From Candidatus Cloacimonadales bacterium (lineage in GTDB: Bacteria; Cloacimonadota; Cloacimonadia; Cloacimonadales; JAFGVF01), in contig OY782781.1 of NCBI GenBank assembly GCA_963678315.1, positions 544,001 to 608,000 of the forward strand: 64,000 nucleotides of DNA, read 5' to 3'. Shown here in pieces: positions 51,760 through 59,220 of the stretch. A model generated the notes under the pieces. The model was not told where the DNA came from. It saw only the letters and a list, made by a program, of their open reading frames with translations, and did no database searches. The translations under genes were made by a program, and so were the position numbers. Position 1 is the stretch's first letter; every line of letters begins with the position of its first letter.

Positions 51760-53994
51760 TTAAACTCTTTTTTTTTGTTGAGTATTTGTATATGCTTCTA
51801 GTCCAAATTTTTCTATTCTTCTAGTCATAGTGCTATTACTAAATTTCATGATTTTCGCAGCATCTTTACGAATACCATTGCATGAAATCAAAGCTTTGAT
51901 AATCATTTCTTTTTCATTTGAACCTTGATTTTTATTTATATCCTTTGTTGTGATATTTAAATTACAAAGACTGTCCAAAAAGTCTGCATCCCAAGTAGTT
52001 TTATCCCCTATTATTATGAGCTTTTCAATGATGTTTCTTAGTTCTCTAACATTACCTGGGAAACTGTATTCCTGTAATCGATTGATGAACGAAGATTTAA
52101 TAGTAGGAATCTTCCAATGGCAGTCTTTACAAAATAGCTTTGTGAAGTGTTCTACTAGAACGGGAATGTCATCTTTTCTTTCTCTAAGAGGAGGTATAAC
52201 AATTTCAATAGTGTTTATTCTATAAAAGAGGTCCAACCTGAATAAATCATTTTCAATTAGATTACTAATAGCCTTGTTGCTAGATGATATTATCCTAACA
52301 TCAAAAGCAATTTCGTTTGTAGAACCCACAGGAATTACTTTCCTGCTCTCTAATACTCTTAATAATTTTGATTGAAACTCGATCGGTATTTCAGTAATTT
52401 CGTCAATAAACATAGTTCCTGTGTGAGCTTGTAAAAAGAATCCTTTTTCGCTAGCAATTGCGCCAGTATAAGATCCTTTTTTGTGTCCGAATAACTCACT
52501 TTCCATCAAACTTGACGAAATAGCTGCAGCGTTGATAGGAATAAAAGGGTTATCTTTTCTGCAACTGAAGTTATGAATTAGATTAGCTAAGACTTCCTTA
52601 CCTGTGCCAGATTCTCCTCTAATTAAGACATTAACATTATTATGCTTAGCGACTTTCATAGCGAGATTCAAGACCTTGTGAGTAGCCTTACTGACTCCCA
52701 CAAATTCACTATTAGAAAACATTCTTTCATCTTTATTTGATTTTGTTAAATCTTCTATTCTATTACACTCTAGGGGTTTCTTTAAAGAATCTTTTTTTAT
52801 TTCTTCTATTTGTTTATATAAGTCAGCTTGATTTTTCTTCATTATTTTTATACATCTAGAGAAATCTTTCTTAGCTTCAAATACCTTCGCTAAGGTATCT
52901 CTAACTTTAAAAATATAGTTCTTAAGCTTGTACTTCTGACATTTTTCCAAACAGTTAAGTAATATTTTCTCGGCATGTTCATATTTCTTTAAATCTATTA
53001 ACATTCTTGCAAAATTAAAATTAATTTCTTGATCAGCTATTCTATCACCTAATTTATCAGCTATAAAAGTTGCTTTCTCCATGTATTCCAATGCTATATC
53101 AATATTACTACTTAAAGCATGAACAACAGCATAATTATTATATAAATCCATGAAGAATTCTGCAGCATCAAAATCTTTTTCCTTAGCAAGTTCCCTACAC
53201 TTATCCAAATAAACTAAACTTTCTTGTAAATCACTACTCTTTAATTTCATAACTGCTAGGTCAAAAAGAATTTGTATTCTTTGAATATCTAAGTGAAGTT
53301 GCATACTTAAATCTAAAACTTGTAACAATACTTGTTCAGCATCTGTAAATTGCTTTAACTCCATCAGAACATTCGCTATAGTCTTTTTTATTACAAGATT
53401 AAATTGATTGTTGTTTTCTTTATCACAAATTACTTGAGCCTTATACAAATACTGTAAGGAAAGCTGATACTTTTGAGCAGCAATATTAATATTGGCTAAA
53501 GATAGAAGGGATTGAAGTTTAATCTCCCCATGTTTATCATCACATAATATTTCTTGAACTTGTAGGTGACGGTTTTCTGCTAGATTTAGTTTATGCTGTG
53601 CAAAATAGTAATCGCCTTGATATGCCAAACAAGCTGCTAAAAGTAAGCTATCTTTGGCTTGTCTTGCATATTCTTCCCCTTTCTGTAGATAAAACAAAGA
53701 TTTCTTAAAATCTTTTGGATAACATAGACTTAACATTAGATTACTATGGACTAAGAAAAAGTAATTCTTCGGTAAAACAGCATCATTGATAAGATTATTT
53801 AAAATTGATTCAGCAAAATTGTAGCGACCTATCTTTACATAAGCATATGCTTCTATAAATAAAAAGTGTTTTTCCTCTAGTTCTTTAAAGTTCTTTCGAT
53901 ATTGGTTAATCTGCTGCAAAAACTCAACAGGGTTTTTATGACAAATATCTCGTAGGCTACTAAATTTATTTTCAACTAACTCTTTATAATTCAT
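51760..53994 (-). CDS. Sigma54 enhancer-binding protein with N-terminal TPR domain and Fis-type HTH
   Basis: About 410-aa helical TPR region; GESGTGKE, ESELFGHKKGSYTGA, FIDEI and FPGNVRELRN motifs. Confidence 0.9.
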   Translation of the reverse strand: MNYKELVENKFSSLRDICHKNPVEFLQQINQYRKNFKELEEKHFLFIEAYAYVKIGRYNFAESILNNLINDAVLPKNYFFLVHSNLMLSLCYPKDFKKSLFYLQKGEEYARQAKDSLLLAACLAYQGDYYFAQHKLNLAENRHLQVQEILCDDKHGEIKLQSLLSLANINIAAQKYQLSLQYLYKAQVICDKENNNQFNLVIKKTIANVLMELKQFTDAEQVLLQVLDLSMQLHLDIQRIQILFDLAVMKLKSSDLQESLVYLDKCRELAKEKDFDAAEFFMDLYNNYAVVHALSSNIDIALEYMEKATFIADKLGDRIADQEINFNFARMLIDLKKYEHAEKILLNCLEKCQKYKLKNYIFKVRDTLAKVFEAKKDFSRCIKIMKKNQADLYKQIEEIKKDSLKKPLECNRIEDLTKSNKDERMFSNSEFVGVSKATHKVLNLAMKVAKHNNVNVLIRGESGTGKEVLANLIHNFSCRKDNPFIPINAAAISSSLMESELFGHKKGSYTGAIASEKGFFLQAHTGTMFIDEITEIPIEFQSKLLRVLESRKVIPVGSTNEIAFDVRIISSSNKAISNLIENDLFRLDLFYRINTIEIVIPPLRERKDDIPVLVEHFTKLFCKDCHWKIPTIKSSFINRLQEYSFPGNVRELRNIIEKLIIIGDKTTWDADFLDSLCNLNITTKDINKNQGSNEKEMIIKALISCNGIRKDAAKIMKFSNSTMTRRIEKFGLEAYTNTQQKKRV

Positions 53995-54149
53995 TTCATG
54001 ATGTCCATAGGTTATTTTATTTTTTGAAGAATAGTAGATAAGATTAAAATGTCAATATTTTTATAGAGATTGAAAGCATGATTATTCAAATCAGTTATGA
54101 AAATACGACATTTTTAAATTATTAGTTAATGAAACTTTATATCATTTTA

Positions 54150-54177
54150 AAAAGAGCCCTAATAATATTAAGGCTCT
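54150..54177 (-). terminator. Rho-independent terminator
   Basis: AGAGCC-CTAATAATATTAA-GGCTCT with an A run on the + strand. Confidence 0.65.
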
Positions 54178-54212
54178 ATAATACTTAATAATAATAAAGA
54201 CAGTTATATAAC

Positions 54213-54914
54213 TTATTTTCCCCAATACTCACTTTCAGGATATTTCTTTTTAAGTTTATTTTTCATATCTGTGCAGTCTTTTTTGTTTGCTTTATAAAGT
54301 TTAAGTTTCAAGAAGCTTTCTTCTTCTGATGAGAATTCTTCCTCAGGATCTTCGATGTCTTTACCTTTGTAGCCCATACCTCTTTCAAAAGTTTTGAGGG
54401 CTTCTGCATATTTTTCTAGTTTGTATTGAGTTTTAGCTAACCATAGGTAAGCATCATAATGTTCAATTCTAGTTTCGATTGCTTTAAAGAGAGCTTTTTC
54501 TGCACTTTCATAGTCTTCCAAGTTGTAGTATGCTTCCCCTTTGTGTCTCCATGGACATGACCAATTCGGTGCTTGTTCATTTAAAGCATTATAGTGAGCT
54601 ATACTTTCTTCATATTCGCCAAGTTCTAGAAGCATGTTTGCTAACTGAAAGCGTTGACCAGCTTGTAGTTTATCTGCATTTTGATTAAGGTTGTTAATCA
54701 TTTTCATTGCTTCATAGAAGTGAACATACATAAGATTCATTTTTGCATTGATGTCTTCTTTATCACTGTCTAAAGTTTTGTGAGAATCCTGAATTAATGT
54801 TTCAATATTCTCTTGTGTTGGATTATCAAAGTAATCCTTAATAGTAACTTTTCCATCTGCTGCAAATAGACTAATACTTGCCATTAATAACGTAATTATA
54901 CATATAATTTTCAT
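54213..54914 (-). CDS. Exported TPR protein
   Basis: Signal peptide SLFA; three TPR-like repeats (LANMLLELGEYEE, KGEAYYNLEDYE, LAKTQYKLEKYAE). Confidence 0.85.
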   Translation of the reverse strand: MKIICIITLLMASISLFAADGKVTIKDYFDNPTQENIETLIQDSHKTLDSDKEDINAKMNLMYVHFYEAMKMINNLNQNADKLQAGQRFQLANMLLELGEYEESIAHYNALNEQAPNWSCPWRHKGEAYYNLEDYESAEKALFKAIETRIEHYDAYLWLAKTQYKLEKYAEALKTFERGMGYKGKDIEDPEEEFSSEEESFLKLKLYKANKKDCTDMKNKLKKKYPESEYWGK

Positions 54915-55064
54915 CAATAACTCCCAATTTTTCTTTAGTAAACAAATATTTTACATCTGTTAAAAGTTTGTCAAAAGATAAATCTATCTAAATTGTTCTA
55001 AATGGGTAACATGAATATGGTTACTGTTCATTTGTTATCCAATCTCCCAGTGGTTAAAACAATC

Positions 55065-55346
55065 CTCCTACCTAATCACCCAGGGTTAAAACCCAGGGCT
55101 CTTCTATGATTAACCCTTACAGCGTAAGGAATGTAATGTCCCTTGGGGACATATCTCCTCTGAGCCCATGATTTCAATCGTGGGTGAAATAATTATTGAA
55201 TCATGCTCCTACCTAATCACCCAGGGTTAAAACCCAGGGCTCTTCTATGATTAACCCTTACAGGGTAAGGAACGTAATGTCCCTTGGGGACATATCTCCT
55301 CTGAGCCCATGATTTCAATCGTGGGTGAAAACAATGGTGGATTATT
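55065..55346 (+). repeat. Left array: two 141-bp multi-hairpin units plus tail
   Basis: Units start at 55065 and 55206; tail ACAATGGTGGATTATT. Confidence 0.95.
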
Positions 55347-55365
55347 TTTTTAAACAATAGGTGAT

Positions 55366-55818
55366 TCAATCCCAAAGGTATTTTTCATTATATTTAACAT
55401 TGTATTTGCGTAAAAATGTTAATAGCTCATTTTGATAAGATACAGTCGTATGGTGGATTTTTTGATTATCAATATAATTTATAATTATATCAATGTCCTG
55501 AGGTCTAATTGAGAAAGCACCATATCCGCTTTGCCAGTGGAAGTTGCTTGATGTGAATTTATTATCATTAACCCATTTTGATGAAGCACCTTTTAATAGT
55601 TGCATGAAATTGGATAATGCATAGTTTTTGGATAACTCACACAGAATGTGAATGTGATCAGTATAGCCACCTATTTTTAGAACTGTAGAATCTGTAGAGT
55701 TAATAATTTTGCTAAGATAATTATAAAGTTTATAATCAAAATCTTCGGTAATAATATTTTCTCTCTTTTTTGTACTAAACACAATATGTATATAGTTTTT
55801 TACAAGTGAATGAGCCAT
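55366..55818 (-). CDS. tnpA: IS200/IS605-family Y1 (HUH) transposase, REP-associated-like
   Basis: YIHIVFSTK.R, DHIHIL (HUH), WQSGYGAFS, catalytic YIDNQ; no tnpB. Confidence 0.92.
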   Translation of the reverse strand: MAHSLVKNYIHIVFSTKKRENIITEDFDYKLYNYLSKIINSTDSTVLKIGGYTDHIHILCELSKNYALSNFMQLLKGASSKWVNDNKFTSSNFHWQSGYGAFSIRPQDIDIIINYIDNQKIHHTTVSYQNELLTFLRKYNVKYNEKYLWD

Positions 55819-55877
55819 TTAACCCTCCTTTAACTATCTATGCCTTCCACTAGCACATTATTTTGTCAAGCATTTTG

Positions 55878-56288
55878 TCACCCAGGGTTAAAACCCAGGG
55901 CTCTTCTATGATTAACCCTTACAGGGTAAGGAACGTAATGTCCCTTGGGGACATATCTCCTCTGAGCCCATGATTTCAATCGTGGGTGAAATAATTATTG
56001 AATCATGCTCCTATCCAATCACCCAGGGTTAAAACCCAGGGCTCTTTTGTGATTAACCCTTACAGGGTAAAGAATGTAATGCCCTTGGGGACATATCTCC
56101 TCTGAGCCCATGATTTCAATCGTGGGTGAAATAATTATTGAATCATGCTCCTACCTAATCACCCAGGGTTAAAACCCAGGGCTCTTCTATGATTAACCCT
56201 TACAGGGTAAGGAATGTAATGTCCCTTGGGGACATATCTCTTCAGAGCCCATGATTTCAATCGTGGGTGAAAACAATGGTGGATTATT
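55878..56288 (+). repeat. Right array: three 140/141-bp units plus tail
   Basis: TCACCCAGGG at 55878, 56019 and 56159; same orientation and same tail as the left array. Confidence 0.95.
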
Positions 56289-56369
56289 GTTTAAAGAATA
56301 AATGGAACTAATTAATTTATCGCTTGCATATTATCCTTGATATTTTATTTTGTATAAAAGGAATAAAGA

Positions 56370-58076
56370 ATGATTAAAAGAATAAATATAATAATTTCAC
56401 TGCTTGTAATATGTTTCCTTGCAAGAGCTTCTGATTGGACAATTTTAGTTTATATGGCTGCGGACAATGGTTTATATGAATATGCTCTTCAAGATATAGA
56501 GCAGATGGAAGAATCTCAATTAGCCAATAACACTGACATTATAGTGCAGATTGATGGAGCTGAGTGGTCTGATAATCCTTTAGCCTATCGCTATAAGATT
56601 GGTTATCATCCTGAAGAGGGTATTCAATCAAGGCGAATATCAAGCTTAGGTGAAATAGATTCAGGTGATTACAAGACCCTAAAATCCTTTATAGATTGGG
56701 GATTCGATAAATATTCTTCATCAAAGAAAGCACTTGTAGTGTGGTCACATGGAGATGGCTGGGTAAAAGGAGACTCTTCTCAAGAAAAGTACATAGCTCC
56801 TGATTATGAGTCTGACTCTTTCATTAGCATGTCACTTCATCAAATGCAGAAGGCTCTGGCTTCTAATCCGGTTGATATCCTAATCTATGATGCTTGTACT
56901 TTGCAGAGCATAGAGAATCTTTCCGAACTACAGGGTAAAGCCGACTATATAATAGGCTCTGAAGAAACAGTTGCTGCAACAGGTTTCCCTTATAATGATA
57001 TGTTTGATTACTGGCATCAAGAATCATCTATTGATTCTCTGGCTATTAATATTCCTTTGATTTATGTTGATTCTTACAGACCTGGTAACTCTCAAAACAG
57101 TGGCTTAAGTCTAATGAAAAGCACTTGTTCAACTGCTAAGATGGCTAATTGGTCTAACTTGGAAGAAGAGATAGTTGCTTACTTCCAGAAATGGTCTAGT
57201 AATCCAGACTTATTTATTGAAGCTCGTCAGAAAATCTTTGAATTTAATCACTTAGAAATGGATGTAGATATCATGGAACTACTCCAATATGTGCAAGCTA
57301 ACACTGACAATAGTCTTTTAGCTGATGATACATCTAAGTTACTAGAAAGTCTTTTTTCTGTCTTTATTTCTTACGACTCAGCAGCCTTTGGTTATAAAGT
57401 AGGAACTGCAACAATTTGGTTTCCTGATAGCAAGTATAAACTTGAATCTATGTGGGGCATTTATAGTGAACTGGACTTTGCTCAAACAAGTTATCCCTAC
57501 TTCTTAAATCAGTTTATTAGTCCAGATGAAATAGCTCCTCTTGCTTTTGAAATTCAATCTGCTAACCTTATTAATGAAACACTTTATCTTGAATGGGATA
57601 TGAGGAATGATCCTGATACTCTGCGTTATGATGTTGTCCTTGAATTTGCAGATAATTCTTCCTATACAGAAAGTAATATTCTTAGCAACAATGCTTCCAT
57701 ACCTGTTATTCAAGATGGTCAAGTCTATATTATCGCCAAAGATAAGTCAGATAATCGTGTTGTAACAGAGACAGTCTCATTCGAATATAAGCAATCAAAT
57801 AGTAGCATTTATATAGCACCGAATCCAGTAGATGATTTATCTCAAGCTAGACTAGTTTTCTATTTACCTGAAAGAATTAATGATCTAGCAAAAGTTAATA
57901 TCTACTCTATTTCAGGTAAAAAGATTGTATCAAAAGTAATTGAATTAGCTGATAGCAATGAGTACAGCATAGACTTAAATAGGCTTATTAAGAAGAATCT
58001 TGCATCTGGAATTTATTATTGCAAAGTTCAGAATAGTGGAAAAGTATTTTCCTTCAAATTTGCTGTTCAAAAATAA
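56370..58076 (+). CDS. Secreted clostripain-family (C11) cysteine peptidase with C-terminal sorting-like domain
   Basis: WTILVYMAADN, WSHGDGW (His), YDAC (Cys), GSEE; C-terminal APNPV...ASGIYYC. Confidence 0.88.
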   Translation: MIKRINIIISLLVICFLARASDWTILVYMAADNGLYEYALQDIEQMEESQLANNTDIIVQIDGAEWSDNPLAYRYKIGYHPEEGIQSRRISSLGEIDSGDYKTLKSFIDWGFDKYSSSKKALVVWSHGDGWVKGDSSQEKYIAPDYESDSFISMSLHQMQKALASNPVDILIYDACTLQSIENLSELQGKADYIIGSEETVAATGFPYNDMFDYWHQESSIDSLAINIPLIYVDSYRPGNSQNSGLSLMKSTCSTAKMANWSNLEEEIVAYFQKWSSNPDLFIEARQKIFEFNHLEMDVDIMELLQYVQANTDNSLLADDTSKLLESLFSVFISYDSAAFGYKVGTATIWFPDSKYKLESMWGIYSELDFAQTSYPYFLNQFISPDEIAPLAFEIQSANLINETLYLEWDMRNDPDTLRYDVVLEFADNSSYTESNILSNNASIPVIQDGQVYIIAKDKSDNRVVTETVSFEYKQSNSSIYIAPNPVDDLSQARLVFYLPERINDLAKVNIYSISGKKIVSKVIELADSNEYSIDLNRLIKKNLASGIYYCKVQNSGKVFSFKFAVQK

Positions 58077-58210
58077 ATAATTATTAAGTAATAATAAATT
58101 TTTTCATTGAGTATTTTTTGCTACTACAAATTTACATTTCAAGTAAAATTCTGTAACTGCCTGTTTTTTCAGTAGATTTAAGATTTCTTCATAGAGACTT
58201 AACATTCAAA

Positions 58211-58386
58211 TGTGGAAAACTCATTCCCTAAGAGGTGTAAATATGCTAAAAATAAGTATATATGCTAGTTTTCTGTATTGTGCATAACTTGTGGGTAACT
58301 TTTGTGGATAATAAATATTGATAACGTAATCTATTTATATATAATGTCTTAGAGATGTGGATAAATTGTTTCACCCTTGTGTATAA
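58211..58386 (-). other. Cluster of six co-oriented DnaA boxes (candidate oriC or DnaA-titration site)
   Basis: TGTGGAAAA 58211, TGTGCATAA 58279, TGTGGGTAA 58290, TGTGGATAA 58303 and 58356, TGTGTATAA 58378 (TTWTNCACA on the - strand). Confidence 0.7.
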
Positions 58387-58429
58387 GTGATAATTAAAGC
58401 CAGATGAAGTATTAGCTTTGACGAAAATG

Positions 58430-58849
58430 TGCAGATTCTGTCTAATCAGTGCTTTCTGTGTTCTATTAACATGGGTTGCAAGCAAGAGTCTTCGCCTGTC
58501 ATAGTCTCTCCTTGCGATTAAGACGTTTTGCCAAACGTCTCTACAAATTCACTTATAACTGCGTTCTAAGTGAAGCCAGCACGGAGGCTGGCGATCCCAG
58601 TGTTTAGCCGGCTAGCAGCCGAGCGTTCTAAGTGAAGCCAGCACGGAGGCTGGCGTTCCCAGTAAGAGCCGGCTAGCAGCCGAGCGTTCCCAGTGTTTAG
58701 CCAGCCAGCTAGCAGCCGAGCGTTCCCAGTAAGAGCCGGCTATCCGGCAGCAGCCGGACTAAAGGCAAAGCGTTCCCAGTAACTCACTCCTAACTCCATC
58801 CTTAAGGGTCTCCTTGAAAAATCGGCTTTTTTTCAAGGTGGCAAGTAAG
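58430..58849 (-). repeat. Composite palindromic intergenic element, copy 4 (inverted relative to copies 1 and 3)
   Basis: 49-bp palindrome 58801-58849; several GCGTTCCCAG / GCCGGCTAGCAGCCGAGC units; AGACGTTTTGCCAAACGTCTCTAC; TTCTAAGTGAAGCCAGCACGGAGGCTG twice. Confidence 0.85.
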
Positions 58850-58962
58850 GACGACCTTATAATCAATTGATAAAAGCTTTCTACCCTAGATTAATTTTGT
58901 AATCTAACTGTTTGTATCACTGACCATTAAAGCAATCAGTAGAATAAAATAATAAATATTCT

Positions 58963-59220
58963 TTATCCAAGCTTTATCTTTTTAACAGAACCATTATTTA
59001 GTTTAAGGGCAATTTTACCCTTTATTCTATACCAATAGCCTAGTTCTTTATGGCAATTAGGACAGGTTATTTTTGTTAGAAGTTCCACCTTATCTATCTC
59101 AATGGAGCTATCCAGAATATTATCTCTAAAGCATTTTATTAGGCTTCCTGATCCTTTCTTCTTGTACTTAAATATTAACTGTCCACAATTACATTTTACA
59201 TCTAGAACTTTGCTCTTCAT
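58963..59220 (-). CDS. Small basic zinc-ribbon-like protein
   Basis: CNC...C...CPNC; YKKKGSGSLIKC; abuts the recG stop. Confidence 0.7.
   Translation of the reverse strand: MKSKVLDVKCNCGQLIFKYKKKGSGSLIKCFRDNILDSSIEIDKVELLTKITCPNCHKELGYWYRIKGKIALKLNNGSVKKIKLG

Larger units (their letters stand above)
55065..56288. mobile_element. REPtron-like element (tnpA flanked by REP-doublet arrays)
   Basis: HUH transposase bracketed by near-identical palindromic repeat arrays. Confidence 0.75.

Noticed and set aside
55065..56288. 141-bp arrays as CRISPR or integron attC cassettes
   Set aside because: Whole units are repeated with no variable spacers or cassette ORFs; the associated enzyme is a Y1 HUH transposase, not Cas1 or IntI.
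58081..58130. TAA/CTA triplet runs as DnaA-trios
   Set aside because: Short, low-complexity and about 100 bp from the nearest DnaA box; cannot be told apart from AT-rich background.
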